IMG/VR virus record: IMGVR_UViG_3300025646_008465
Location: 12,265-76,264 of that record
From: a virus
Direction: 5' to 3' (one strand)
DNA: 64,000 bases
Part shown: piece after piece, positions 17,798-28,314 of the stretch
How positions within the stretch are numbered: the first letter of the stretch is position 1
Layout: every line of letters starts with the position of its first letter
Program-made: the position numbers and the translations under genes
Notes under the pieces: model-generated
What the model saw: only the letters and a program-made list of their open reading frames with translations
Told to the model about the DNA's origin: nothing
Databases searched by the model: none

Positions 17798-18832
17798 TTA
17801 TTTATTATAACTGGTTAATGGTTCAAATATATCTTTTACCCAAAATTCTACGTTGCGAATCATACCTCCGAGTTTATCTTCGTTATAAAACGCTACGAAC
17901 TGGTCGGGAAGATAATTTAAACTTTTGGATTGGACAACCTGATTGATGTATTTTTTATCATTTTCATCAATCATAGGATTTGACAAATCCATAATCTTGT
18001 AATTTTTTTCTAACGCATCAATGTCTTGAATAATGCGAGCATACACTACGTGTTCTTTAAATTTAGATTCACAAATATTGTAAATGTCATCTAAAGTAAC
18101 ATCTTGTTGAGTTAATTCAGGGAATAATTTGGTAAGCTTTTTCTCACCTAATCCTTTAATACCTTTTACTTTATCAGAATTATCACCTAAAAGTGTTTTA
18201 TAAATAATAAAGTTTTTAGGGGACATACCAAATTTTTCCTTTACAGTTTCTTCAGTATAGAATTCACGCTCCATAGGACGATAAACAATTACGTTTTTGT
18301 TTATTAATTGGAGGAAATCCTTATCGGAAGAAACAATAAATACTTTATCTTCTTCTCGTTGTGGTAAAACTTCACTCAAACGAGCAATAATATCATCTGC
18401 TTCTACCTTATCGATTGAAATAGTTTTAACTGGTAGAGTTTTGAGATATTGAATTACACGAACAATTTGATCTATTTTAGCATCATCTTCATCATCATGA
18501 CTTTCAAATACCTCCCAGTTAGTAATACGTTGAGTATTTCTACCTGATTTATACTCGGGAAGAAGGTTCTTCCTATTATTGGAAGAACCCGCTCCATCGA
18601 ATACAACATAAACACTAGTTGGTTGGATTTGACGAATCAAAGCACCTAATGAACGCATGAATCCACCTAAACCCCCAACGTGAACCCCATCGGGATTCAC
18701 CGCATTAAGCATGGCAAAGTTTCTGAAGAATAAGTTTAATCCATCTATCAATAATACTCTTTGTGATTCTACAGTCTCTTGGCCCTGCTCGTCAAGGTTG
18801 TTGAGGAGCTTAAGTAATTCTTTTTTGTTCAT
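17798..18832 (-). CDS. 5'-3' exonuclease/flap endonuclease (T4 RNase H, PolA N-domain type)
   Basis: IDGLN, VFDG, YKSGR, EADD, SSDKDF, GDNSD, GIKGLGEK. Confidence 0.92.
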   Translation of the reverse strand: MNKKELLKLLNNLDEQGQETVESQRVLLIDGLNLFFRNFAMLNAVNPDGVHVGGLGGFMRSLGALIRQIQPTSVYVVFDGAGSSNNRKNLLPEYKSGRNTQRITNWEVFESHDDEDDAKIDQIVRVIQYLKTLPVKTISIDKVEADDIIARLSEVLPQREEDKVFIVSSDKDFLQLINKNVIVYRPMEREFYTEETVKEKFGMSPKNFIIYKTLLGDNSDKVKGIKGLGEKKLTKLFPELTQQDVTLDDIYNICESKFKEHVVYARIIQDIDALEKNYKIMDLSNPMIDENDKKYINQVVQSKSLNYLPDQFVAFYNEDKLGGMIRNVEFWVKDIFEPLTSYNK

Positions 18833-18833
18833 C

Positions 18834-19916
18834 TTATTCTGGTTCGTTTTCGTATGAGGTAATATCTGTGTATTCTTGATCCTCTTCAACAATGTTGAAA
18901 TCTACACCTCCTAGAATGCTTTTCCAAGCATCTGCATGAGAGTCTTTGTAATTTTTCAATGCTTTATCTGTATCTTCAATAAAGCCATGAGGAGTCATGA
19001 TGATTTTACCTCGAGTAGTAACGCCATTAATGTGGTTTTTGTCGATTTGAATATTTGTACGTTTTGCAAATTCGACTTGTTTACCATCTTTAATAGCTTT
19101 AATTTTTGATGTTCCTGCTGACATCACATTACCAAATGTAACAACAAATGTTGCATCAAACCACATAGCATAACCTCCTTTATTCATCAACTTGGGTTGA
19201 CCCATTGGAGATTCCGGTTTTAGAGTCCATACCTTATTAATACACACAAGGGTATTGGTGTATGGGCTACTTTCCTTACGAGACATTACTATGCGCTGAT
19301 TAACGTTGTTACCAAATTGGGTTGACATAGCACCTGCGTTCCATTCATTGTTATTTTTGTTTGAACGAACGGATAATTCACAAGGAACCGAACCAATTGA
19401 ATCCCACAAGAATAGCAAGTTATAAGGCAAATTACCTTTTTTCTGCTCATCAAGCAAATCAAGGATAAATGCGGCTACGTCTTCAATAGTATTAATAGTT
19501 TCACGGTCAACGTAAATAAAGCTACCATTGTAATCTATAATTTCACCTGTAGATTCATCTACAACTTCATTTACTTCTAACCCCATTTGGACGGCATGCT
19601 CCCAGTTCCATTTCATCTCAGTGATAATGAATACAGGAAGAATACCTCGCTTCTGGGCTGATACGGCTGCTTCAATCAAAGCAGTTGTTTTACCCGTATC
19701 AGAATGCCCACGAAGCAATACAATGTGACCTTGAGGAATACCTGGAACCGAAGTAGTTTCTTGGTATGCTTCCGAAAGTGGAATCCAGGTTTGTTCTTTA
19801 AACTTAGCTTTTGATGTAAGTCCTTTCTTATTCTTAAAGCTATCTAAGTTAAAATTCGCTTTAATTTCAGAGGAGACTGCCTCCGATAAGGACTTGGATG
19901 TTTTTCCTCTTGCCAT
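18834..19916 (-). CDS. RecA/UvsX-like recombinase
   Basis: GHSDTGKT Walker A, LWDSIG Walker B, KGG. Confidence 0.85.
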   Translation of the reverse strand: MARGKTSKSLSEAVSSEIKANFNLDSFKNKKGLTSKAKFKEQTWIPLSEAYQETTSVPGIPQGHIVLLRGHSDTGKTTALIEAAVSAQKRGILPVFIITEMKWNWEHAVQMGLEVNEVVDESTGEIIDYNGSFIYVDRETINTIEDVAAFILDLLDEQKKGNLPYNLLFLWDSIGSVPCELSVRSNKNNNEWNAGAMSTQFGNNVNQRIVMSRKESSPYTNTLVCINKVWTLKPESPMGQPKLMNKGGYAMWFDATFVVTFGNVMSAGTSKIKAIKDGKQVEFAKRTNIQIDKNHINGVTTRGKIIMTPHGFIEDTDKALKNYKDSHADAWKSILGGVDFNIVEEDQEYTDITSYENEPE

Positions 19917-19926
19917 GTGTTGTTAA

Positions 19927-20766
19927 TTAAAATGGTAAATCGTCGTCTTCTTCTCCAAACAAATCATCAAATTGATCTGTCTTTGATTTTTTAACAACAG
20001 GTTTAGCACTAAGTGAATAATTTGATTTAGGTGCTTCTTTAATATCTGAATCAAAATCTTCAGCAGGTTCAGAAACGATATCACCTTCTTCAGAATCTTC
20101 AGGCGACAACCACTCTTGAAGTGCACTCTTCATCTCATCATAAGACAAGGGCTTAAATACTTTTTTAGGATCAGGTTGATCATTCAACAATTTTTCAACC
20201 AATGCTTCATCATCCGAAAGTTGAGAAGTTTTCATTGAGGGAGCAATAGTAGTTTTGTTGTAAGGAGTACCAGTAGATTCAGGACCTACAGTATTCAACT
20301 TAATATCACGACCATTCAAGATATCAGTAAAATCACCTACTTCTTCATCAGCAGCCATCTGCAAAAATGCTTCGTAAATTTCTTTACCAAACTGCCACAA
20401 TTTAACACCTTCAGATTCTTCACCACGCACTACTATAGGTGCGAATACACGGGTTTTAGCATCCAATTTTTTAGCCAAACGCCAGTTGTCTTTATCATCT
20501 GATTGACGCAATTGTTTAGCAAATTCTTTAATTGGATCTTTTTCACCCCAGTTTGTAGGTGAAGACATTACCTTTTTAGAACCAATTCCATAATAGAATT
20601 GCATTTCGGTAAAGGGGTTTGCGGAGTTGTACTTGAAAGGTACAATGCGGATGGTTTGTTTACCAACCGAGGGTTTCCAGAACAATTGTTTTCCATCGCC
20701 TTTGCTCTGTCCGTTAGATGCGTTTTGCATCTGATTAAGGCGCGCTTTGATTTCGTTCAAATCCAT
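19927..20766 (-). CDS. gp32-like single-stranded DNA-binding protein
   Basis: FWKP, IRIVP, VKLWQFGK, DFTD..GRDI, acidic tail DDDLPF. Confidence 0.85.
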   Translation of the reverse strand: MDLNEIKARLNQMQNASNGQSKGDGKQLFWKPSVGKQTIRIVPFKYNSANPFTEMQFYYGIGSKKVMSSPTNWGEKDPIKEFAKQLRQSDDKDNWRLAKKLDAKTRVFAPIVVRGEESEGVKLWQFGKEIYEAFLQMAADEEVGDFTDILNGRDIKLNTVGPESTGTPYNKTTIAPSMKTSQLSDDEALVEKLLNDQPDPKKVFKPLSYDEMKSALQEWLSPEDSEEGDIVSEPAEDFDSDIKEAPKSNYSLSAKPVVKKSKTDQFDDLFGEEDDDLPF

Positions 20767-20788
20767 AATAACTAATTTTTAATGTAAC

Positions 20789-20820
20789 TAAATATAATAA
20801 CCTTTGGTATAATCACCAAA
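20789..20820 (-). promoter_or_regulatory. Bacteroidetes-type housekeeping promoter
   Basis: TTTG-N20-TATATTTA; the -33 element lies in a TTTGGT/ACCAAA inverted repeat. Confidence 0.75.
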
Positions 20821-21291
20821 TTAAAGTTCAATAATCTTGAAAATCTTTGTATTCAATTGCTTTAATTCGTTGTGCTGAGTGAGTAGAATACAATTTTTGT
20901 AGTGTTGCCAGTCAATTTTATAACGTGTGTCAACTACACCACCATTCAATCCCTTAATTAATTCATTTAAGGCATTAATAGTATAAAGAGTATTTGTGTC
21001 TTTTTTACGATGTACTAAAATTGTGTTTTCAGGGATATTATTCACATTACCTTGATCAACATTATATGTAACAACATACTCGTTATTGCTCTTAACGTGC
21101 AAAACAAACATTTTGTTATACATGATGCTATAACGTGAAGATAAATCATTAACCAATGCATCCATGTCCTCCAAAGACGTAAAGGTGCAAAATAACTTGT
21201 TGTTCAAATCTATAATATTTTCGGGTTGTTCAAAATCGTATTGTCCCGAATACATATAATTAACTTCTTGTAAAGTCATAAGTGTCTCCAT
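20821..21291 (-). CDS. hypothetical protein in the replication module
   Basis: 156-aa ORF overlapping the end of the polA-like gene. Confidence 0.7.
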   Translation of the reverse strand: METLMTLQEVNYMYSGQYDFEQPENIIDLNNKLFCTFTSLEDMDALVNDLSSRYSIMYNKMFVLHVKSNNEYVVTYNVDQGNVNNIPENTILVHRKKDTNTLYTINALNELIKGLNGGVVDTRYKIDWQHYKNCILLTQHNELKQLNTKIFKIIEL

Positions 21292-22534
21292 AACTAATTT
21301 TTGTGCTCAATTCAAAGCTTTCTATAATTTTTTTAATTTCTTTTAATAAATGTTTTTCTTCCTCAGCATAATCAAACAAAAAAGCATCGTAAGTATACAA
21401 CACGAGTTTTGTTTTTTTACCTCGTAAAAATTTAAGTATTTCCCACAATATAAGAACGTTTGTGGACGTTTCCAAGTTTTGTAGTACGTAGTTAAATAAC
21501 TTTTGCGGCTTCATATCTTCGGTGTTTTCTTTCCTAAGTATATACTTTGATTGAGGCATTTCAATCCAACCTTGGTATTGAAAAGTGTCCCACAAATCAT
21601 CAGTATACGCTTGTACTTTCCTAAAAAATTCCAGGTTTTTATACTGTTCGAAAACTCCTCCGTATAGTTGTTTAAATGTTAATTCTTTAGCTTTTTTGTA
21701 ATCCACCCCGTACATTGTTGCGAAGTCCATATGAATATCTTTATTGCCAAACGAATAACCAACAAGACGAGCAGCCAAGGTAGGGTGGTAAGCAGAAACA
21801 TCAAACTCGATAAGTCCATCATTACGCGCAATAAACGATCCCCTACATCCATTTTCTTTGTTGAGGGCAGCAAAATTGACTCCTCCAAAGCTGTTTGAGG
21901 GTCTAGTGGTAAGGGTTTTGAGATTATATTGGGTGTAAACATACTCCCCCTCAACCTTGTGAAAAAACGTTTCATATACTTCTTTATTTATTTTAAGTCC
22001 ATTGGCTTCAATAGCGGAAAACACAATTGAACTTTTTTTGTTAAACCATTGACAATAATCGTCTTGGCATTTTATATTAAATACATTTAGATCTTGAAAA
22101 ATCGACTCACAATATTCATAGTGTTTTACAATAGGCACTAATCGGTTTGGAGCCGCATGATCTAAATTGTTTTTATAGATCCATTTATGGGCGAACGTTA
22201 GTTCTGGTATATATGTATTATATGTGGGTTGAATGTCAAAGAGAGCTTTAAGCGGTAAGTATTGTAATACCGATTTTTTATCCCTCACATATATTTTTTC
22301 AATTTTGCTTAATGTCTCTGTTACTTGTTGTATATCAAGCGATAGCGCCTCACTATGATCGAGGCACATCATGTATCCCTTACTCGCGTTTATAGGGCGT
22401 ACATACAACGTAGAAACGCTATCGAGGATTGGGTGGGTGTTGAAATTATGAGGTATAACCTCTAAAAACACTTCTTTAAAACCTCGACAGTCGAATTCCC
22501 TCAGTTGTTCACTATCTTCTATTAACCAAAACAT
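21260..22534 (-). CDS. minimal family-A DNA polymerase-like protein
   Basis: TTRPSN, motif A EFDVSAYHP, motif B KAKELTFKQLYG, NYVLQ, motif C YTYDAFLFD. Confidence 0.8.
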   Translation of the reverse strand: MFWLIEDSEQLREFDCRGFKEVFLEVIPHNFNTHPILDSVSTLYVRPINASKGYMMCLDHSEALSLDIQQVTETLSKIEKIYVRDKKSVLQYLPLKALFDIQPTYNTYIPELTFAHKWIYKNNLDHAAPNRLVPIVKHYEYCESIFQDLNVFNIKCQDDYCQWFNKKSSIVFSAIEANGLKINKEVYETFFHKVEGEYVYTQYNLKTLTTRPSNSFGGVNFAALNKENGCRGSFIARNDGLIEFDVSAYHPTLAARLVGYSFGNKDIHMDFATMYGVDYKKAKELTFKQLYGGVFEQYKNLEFFRKVQAYTDDLWDTFQYQGWIEMPQSKYILRKENTEDMKPQKLFNYVLQNLETSTNVLILWEILKFLRGKKTKLVLYTYDAFLFDYAEEEKHLLKEIKKIIESFELSTKISYGDTYDFTRS

Positions 22535-22563
22535 TTACTTAAATATACAAAACCTTTTTTGGA

Positions 22564-23175
22564 TTACCCCGCTCTATAGAACTCTGTGTAATTTGAGAAG
22601 TATTCAGTAAAAGCAGTGTAACCTATTTTTTTCTCGTAATATTCTACTAGATTGTAATTTTGTTCAGAAACGTAAGTTTCATCACCCCCGCTAATAACCC
22701 AATCTAATTTAAAAATTTTATATAAATTAAACTCGTAATCAGGATTATATGATTTTAAATCATTAAAAGTATCTTTACTAATTTCAATATAGATGTTTCT
22801 ATTTGATTGTTTAGCAAAATATCTTGTATAGAATCCATCTAAATAATCTTCACTAGTAGGAATATTTAAATAATATTGAGGTGTTTTAAATGTTGGGGGG
22901 TTATTAACATCAATGTTTTTGGCTTGAAAATATCCTAAAACTTCAGGTGATAAATCTTCAGTACTAGTTTTAATATTAAAATTTGAATCAGCAGTTTTAG
23001 AAGAAGTAATAGGAGATAAAATTATAGAAGTTCTATCTTGGGGTCCTACACCACTGTGAATTTTACCATCTGAACTTTTCCAGTATTGTCCTACATAAGG
23101 AATACCCTTTGGAGTTTCATATTCATCTCCATTAGTGTATAAATTAGTTTTTATTTGGGACTTAGGATAATACAT
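22564..23175 (-). CDS. hypothetical baseplate-region protein
   Basis: Last gene of the tail/baseplate run. Confidence 0.6.
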   Translation of the reverse strand: MYYPKSQIKTNLYTNGDEYETPKGIPYVGQYWKSSDGKIHSGVGPQDRTSIILSPITSSKTADSNFNIKTSTEDLSPEVLGYFQAKNIDVNNPPTFKTPQYYLNIPTSEDYLDGFYTRYFAKQSNRNIYIEISKDTFNDLKSYNPDYEFNLYKIFKLDWVISGGDETYVSEQNYNLVEYYEKKIGYTAFTEYFSNYTEFYRAG

Positions 23176-23181
23176 AATTTA

Positions 23182-26100
23182 TTATTCGTCTTCTGATGGG
23201 TTTGTAGAAGGTTCAATTTCGTTTTTAGGTAAACTTAGATTTGAATTATTTTGAGTGGTAGCATTGTTTACAGCAGCTAAACTTGTAATAGTAGTTTCCC
23301 ACCCTTTGCTTGATACTTTATGATCTACTCCTTTAATAATAAAAGATAAATTTCTATTATAACTTGAAGGTAAGATGTTTTGATCTATGTAAAATCGTTC
23401 ATACATACGAACCCCAGATAATCCTAACATTGTTAAATTTAAATCAAAAGGAATAAATCCACTAGCAGGGGGAGCATCACCTTCATCATTTAAAAGTGAA
23501 ACTACATATTTTGAAACATTACCACTTATGTTTCTGTTTATATCTAAAATTTCACTATCAACTACTAAACCTCTTTGATAGAATTTTTCAATAAGACCTT
23601 CTTTAGCTCTTAATATTTTAATATTATCTTTAAATATTTCTAAAGCATCTGTAAAGTTACCATAAATTCTTTTATACTTATCAAGTAACTCAGCATATCG
23701 TTTTTGGTCATTTGCTGTGGCCGAAGATCTTAAAAATTTAAGTTCTTTGAGTTCTGCTTCAGACATTGTTTCTCCTCCTTGAGGAAGATTTTCTGCTACA
23801 GCTTTACTTAGTTTATCAGGGATGATTCTATCTTTTAACCCTTCATGGAATTTATTAAAAGCCGTAGCATTGGTAATATCTGATGTTCCACGGGATTGGG
23901 CTCCAATAGCTAGCATAGTAGCAAATTGGGGGGTTAAACCAGAATCTAAATTTACACTATAAACAAAACTTCCATTTTGAACATTACCATATCCTGGGAG
24001 GGAGTTTCCTGTAACATCTAAATAACTAGTAGAATCAAATTTTTTAGATCTTCCAGGTCTCCACCCATAAACATTGAATAGTGTTTTATATCTGTCATCA
24101 AAATTAGTAGGGTCTACTAGTTTTAAAAAATTAGGATCTAGAGGAATATCGTCCATAAACTTAATAGTATTAATATCATGGTCATAAGTAACATTTAACT
24201 TATTAACATTACCTAAAGCTTCTTGGATTCCAGATAATAATTGTTCTAAAAATCTTAATAAGATAACTCCATTTTCATTAGTAGATGCTTCTAAACAATC
24301 AACAACAAAGTGTAAATTAACATGAATAAACATTAACCTGGCAGTGTAAGGTTGACCAGGAATTCTAAAATTAGTATCTTCACTTTTGTTTTCAAGAACA
24401 TCTTTAAAACATTCAAACATTTGGTTTTCTACCAAATACCCTAATTGAGGATCTCCTTTTTCTTCATCTTTATTATAATCTGATACTCTAAAAGGGATAA
24501 TACAAACTGAAGGATCTGTTGAAAATTGAGTAGGATAAGTAAAACAATAAGTCTCTTTATAATTTTGATCAAATTTTATAAGAGGAGTTTTATTTCCTTC
24601 TTTATCCTTTGAGTAAATTAATAAATTTTCTTCAATATACCTTAAAATATGATATAATTTTACATATTGGTAAGGTGAATTTTTAGACTCAACGGTTACA
24701 GTACTTGCATAACTTGAACCATTACTTCCACTTTTAGTCCTTCTAGCTCTTCTTTGGGGTTTAATTACTAATTGTTCTTTAGGGTCAAAAGGAGTTTCAT
24801 CTTCATTTTTATAAGTAGAATCTCCATAAACTTGAATTTGGGGTAATTTTTTTGGATTGTATTGGGGATCAATACAATTATAAGTGTTAACTTTAGCTCC
24901 TTTAGACTCATTCTTTTTTAGTTTATCATAAACCTCATAAAGATATTTATGTAACTGAGATTTATCTTTGTTGGCTATTAAACTTGTACTTAAAGCTTCT
25001 TCAGCTTCAGTTTCTACAGTGTAAGTGGTTTTTGGTGCATTATCAAATCCACTTTCACCTGCTACAAGTCCTGCACTTGCTAATGCTTTAACATCGGCAC
25101 TACTTAAGGATTGAACAAAATTTGAATAAGCAGTTCTATCAGCTGTACCTCCATTGTTATCCTTTGTTCCCGTAATATTAGCCCCACTAGATACTGTAGC
25201 TAAAAAATTACCGGCATTTCTACTAAGTTTATCACCTATTCTTTTTGCGCGGGTTAGAAAATTAGCTTGTTCTTTATTTTCTCGGGTAGTTCTAGCAGCC
25301 TCTGTTTCTGGTTGTCTCTCTGGGGTTCCTGGGGTAGATTCTGGTGGGGGTTCTGTTCCGAAGGGAGATGAACCTATTGCTGTAGATCTATTAATAGTTA
25401 GGGATTCAATTACATCTCCTATAGAGATAATATCTACGGTAATGCTATAGCTATTATCTTCTTCGAAAGACCATTTAAAATTAACTATCTTTCCAAAAAA
25501 ACCATCATAGTTCCCACAAGTAGTAGCAGTATGAGAATTAATAAGAGCTAGAATATTGTTTTGGTTAACATCATCTTTAAAAAAATTACTAAAAGCTGGG
25601 GTATTAAATGTAGCTTGTTCGTATTTTTTAGATGATACATCAATATCATTGTGGGTATAATATAGAGTATGACCCCACTCAACTAATACAGTAAACCCAG
25701 GGTGCATGTAAAGAGCTTCAATAATATCAAACTGCTTTTTACTATTTGCCTTAAGTTTTAAAGTTGCTTTTCTAAAAGAACCCCTGTTATAAGTTTTAAT
25801 ATCTAAAGATTCAATGCCTGGAGGAGGAACTAATCCAACTTGTTGGTTGTCACCAGCAAAACCATAAACATTTTTAAAAATATTATCGGGATTTCCATCA
25901 TATAGTCCTGAGGGTTGGATTAATTTTCCTTCATTGTCTAATCGAGATACACCGTTATAAAGAATAAAATTTTTAGCTAATAAATCCCCCTGAAAGTTTT
26001 TACTTCCTGTTAGTGCTTCACTTTTTTCGGGTGTAGAAATATTGACTGATGATACTGCTCGTATCCAAGCTGTATTGTTATTAGACCATGTTAAAACTTC

Positions 26101-26193
26101 AGGTTCTCTAATTTCTAGCCCTAATAATTGCTGCCTTAGATCAACTTGGGTTTTAACAAATTTTCTTGGATTACTTCCTATAAGATTTCCCAT
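23182..26193 (-). CDS. putative baseplate hub protein
   Basis: 1003 aa following the LysM gene; LVEWG, YDGFFGKIVNF and terminal GVDHKV..WETTI hub-like motifs. Confidence 0.6.
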   Translation of the reverse strand: MGNLIGSNPRKFVKTQVDLRQQLLGLEIREPEVLTWSNNNTAWIRAVSSVNISTPEKSEALTGSKNFQGDLLAKNFILYNGVSRLDNEGKLIQPSGLYDGNPDNIFKNVYGFAGDNQQVGLVPPPGIESLDIKTYNRGSFRKATLKLKANSKKQFDIIEALYMHPGFTVLVEWGHTLYYTHNDIDVSSKKYEQATFNTPAFSNFFKDDVNQNNILALINSHTATTCGNYDGFFGKIVNFKWSFEEDNSYSITVDIISIGDVIESLTINRSTAIGSSPFGTEPPPESTPGTPERQPETEAARTTRENKEQANFLTRAKRIGDKLSRNAGNFLATVSSGANITGTKDNNGGTADRTAYSNFVQSLSSADVKALASAGLVAGESGFDNAPKTTYTVETEAEEALSTSLIANKDKSQLHKYLYEVYDKLKKNESKGAKVNTYNCIDPQYNPKKLPQIQVYGDSTYKNEDETPFDPKEQLVIKPQRRARRTKSGSNGSSYASTVTVESKNSPYQYVKLYHILRYIEENLLIYSKDKEGNKTPLIKFDQNYKETYCFTYPTQFSTDPSVCIIPFRVSDYNKDEEKGDPQLGYLVENQMFECFKDVLENKSEDTNFRIPGQPYTARLMFIHVNLHFVVDCLEASTNENGVILLRFLEQLLSGIQEALGNVNKLNVTYDHDINTIKFMDDIPLDPNFLKLVDPTNFDDRYKTLFNVYGWRPGRSKKFDSTSYLDVTGNSLPGYGNVQNGSFVYSVNLDSGLTPQFATMLAIGAQSRGTSDITNATAFNKFHEGLKDRIIPDKLSKAVAENLPQGGETMSEAELKELKFLRSSATANDQKRYAELLDKYKRIYGNFTDALEIFKDNIKILRAKEGLIEKFYQRGLVVDSEILDINRNISGNVSKYVVSLLNDEGDAPPASGFIPFDLNLTMLGLSGVRMYERFYIDQNILPSSYNRNLSFIIKGVDHKVSSKGWETTITSLAAVNNATTQNNSNLSLPKNEIEPSTNPSEDE

Positions 26194-26498
26194 TATACAA
26201 CTCCATTTATTTGATCAAATTTAAGAAGGATATTTGTGACATCCAAGGGTACTCTAATTTGAGTTCCAATGGGGACGTAAAAAGAATTTTGAGGTAAATT
26301 AGGATTAGCACAAGATATAATCCACCATAAAGAAGGATCTCCATATATTTGGTTAGCTAATAAATCTAATCTATCCCCTTCTTGCATTATAAAATATAAA
26401 TCAGTTGAAGAAAAGGGAATTGAAGGATATTTAGGGGAATAATAATAAGAATTCCCTTGACCTATTGAATTTTGTGGTATTTTTGAATATCTGTTCAT
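26193..26498 (-). CDS. LysM-domain baseplate wedge protein (gp53/P2 gpX-like)
   Basis: GDRLDLLANQIYGDPSLWWII..AN...GTQIRVP. Confidence 0.85.
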   Translation of the reverse strand: MNRYSKIPQNSIGQGNSYYYSPKYPSIPFSSTDLYFIMQEGDRLDLLANQIYGDPSLWWIISCANPNLPQNSFYVPIGTQIRVPLDVTNILLKFDQINGVV

Positions 26499-26504
26499 AA
26501 CTTA

Positions 26505-27959
26505 TTATGCGAATGGGGGAGTTGGATAATTAGTTCCTTGAGATGCTTGGGATTGAGCTAAAGTAGGTACTGTAACAATAGATGATGAAGAAGATTTTGG
26601 TGCTCTTATAGTACCATCTTTAATTAAATCACTTTGTTTAGTATCAGAGTCCCAATTATCATATCCAATAAATTTAGATCCTTTTTGTGGTACAAAGTTA
26701 TGGATTGGTTTAAATTCAAAACTATCAACTGTAATCACATGCGGCAATTGAGCAATATTTTTATCTTCTTTACCATTATTTAATTTAGCAATTTCCCAAG
26801 GAGAGTTTGGATCAATAGTAAGACTTAATCCTCCTAATACACCAGGAACATCTACTAAATAGTCTCCTACAGTTAAATAAATTAAACTTCCTCTCATAAA
26901 ACCATTAGAACTATAATCTGGGGCTGTTAGTGAAGCTAAATAAGTAAGTTTTTCATATAGTGTTCTTTGTTCTTGGCGAGATTGAACAGCTACTTTAAAA
27001 CTTAAACTATTAGAACGACTAAAACCACCATATCTATAAAATGCTTCTCCTCTACCAACAAATTTTTGGTCAGACCACTCTGCGCTGAATGAGTCAGAGA
27101 AACTTTCTAAAAATGCTCTAAAGTGAATATGAGTAAATTGTGAAGGATTATCGTTATCTACTACTTTAATTTTAAACTTTATAAAATCTGAAGGGATGTC
27201 GCCTGATATTTCTTTTGATTTTGCTACAGAATCAGGGGCCGTATACAAATTAACCAAAGCCATTTTATCGGCTGTGGAAGATAAGGGAGCAATGTTTTGT
27301 ATAGGAGTTGTATCATTAACATTTAAGTTAATCGCATCTTTTTTATCGTAAACTACATTATAATGTTTTCTACTCCTTACAATAGAAGTTCCTAATTTAT
27401 TATCAGTTCCAGGAACTTTACCTCTAAGAAGAGGATTAGTACCATCCCCGGGACTACCTAATTGATAAACATCAGTTTGACCAGCTTTTAGTCTATTAGC
27501 TGCTCTAAAATCAGTAGGACCAGGTTCAGGGTAAGTGAAAATTTCCCTGATGTTGGGGTTAAGAAATGAAGGAATGTGTCCTATTCCAGGAATATTAAGT
27601 AATTCTTGGGCACCAACTGCTAGAGGATTCCACACCGCTGTAGGTTCAGATAATAATCCTAAAGCTACTTGTTTAGCTTCAAATACTAATCCTGTACTAG
27701 TTTGGGTATACAGTTTATATAAACGTTCTACATCATCTAAAGCTGTTCCTGGGTTTAATAGGGCATTTCTAAAACCGAAGGTGTTACCAACGGTCATACC
27801 ATAGTCTCCTGTACTTTCGTCTCCGATTTGATCTAAAAAGGTTTTATCCTTACCCGGAATATCTTTTACGATAAACGGTTGTTTACTAGAACCCCCGTTG
27901 GGTCTATCCATACCAAAAGGAACGGATGTTAAATCAGTTTTTAGATCTAATAAAGGCAT
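26505..27959 (-). CDS. baseplate/tail tube initiator-like protein
   Basis: FRAFL..FSD...W....VGRGE.FYRY.GFSR; located between TMP and LysM genes. Confidence 0.6.
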   Translation of the reverse strand: MPLLDLKTDLTSVPFGMDRPNGGSSKQPFIVKDIPGKDKTFLDQIGDESTGDYGMTVGNTFGFRNALLNPGTALDDVERLYKLYTQTSTGLVFEAKQVALGLLSEPTAVWNPLAVGAQELLNIPGIGHIPSFLNPNIREIFTYPEPGPTDFRAANRLKAGQTDVYQLGSPGDGTNPLLRGKVPGTDNKLGTSIVRSRKHYNVVYDKKDAINLNVNDTTPIQNIAPLSSTADKMALVNLYTAPDSVAKSKEISGDIPSDFIKFKIKVVDNDNPSQFTHIHFRAFLESFSDSFSAEWSDQKFVGRGEAFYRYGGFSRSNSLSFKVAVQSRQEQRTLYEKLTYLASLTAPDYSSNGFMRGSLIYLTVGDYLVDVPGVLGGLSLTIDPNSPWEIAKLNNGKEDKNIAQLPHVITVDSFEFKPIHNFVPQKGSKFIGYDNWDSDTKQSDLIKDGTIRAPKSSSSSIVTVPTLAQSQASQGTNYPTPPFA

Positions 27960-27965
27960 TCTTTA

Positions 27966-28277
27966 TTATTGAGGAAGATTACTTAAATATCCTGCAGGAG
28001 TTACTCCATTATTGAGGTCTAATTGAGTAGAATTCAAGGAATTAACTAAGTTAGCAGGAGTGTATCCAGCAGGAGTTACTCCGTTATTAACGTCTAATTG
28101 AGTTGAACCTAAAGAATTAACTAAGTTAGCAGGAGTGTATCCTGAAGGTGTTGCTCCATTGTTAATGTCTAACTGAGTAGAATTCAAGGAATTAACCAAG
28201 TTAGCAGGAGTATATCCAGAAGGGGTAGCACCATTCAATCCTAAGTTTGTTTGGTTTAATGAATTAATTAAGGCCAT
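27966..28277 (-). CDS. small protein made of four ~25-aa repeats
   Basis: LVNSLNSTQLDINNGATPSGYTPAN units; 75-bp DNA period (TTAGCAGGAG at 28051, 28126, 28201); late motif at 28302-28309. Confidence 0.8.
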   Translation of the reverse strand: MALINSLNQTNLGLNGATPSGYTPANLVNSLNSTQLDINNGATPSGYTPANLVNSLGSTQLDVNNGVTPAGYTPANLVNSLNSTQLDLNNGVTPAGYLSNLPQ

Positions 28278-28314
28278 AGTTTTTTATATTAAATGTTTTG
28301 TTATAAATATTAAA

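Noticed and set aside
21679-21975. 98-aa alternate-frame ORF with a hydrophobic stretch inside the polA-like gene
   Set aside because: Fully nested in conserved polymerase motifs, with no independent signals
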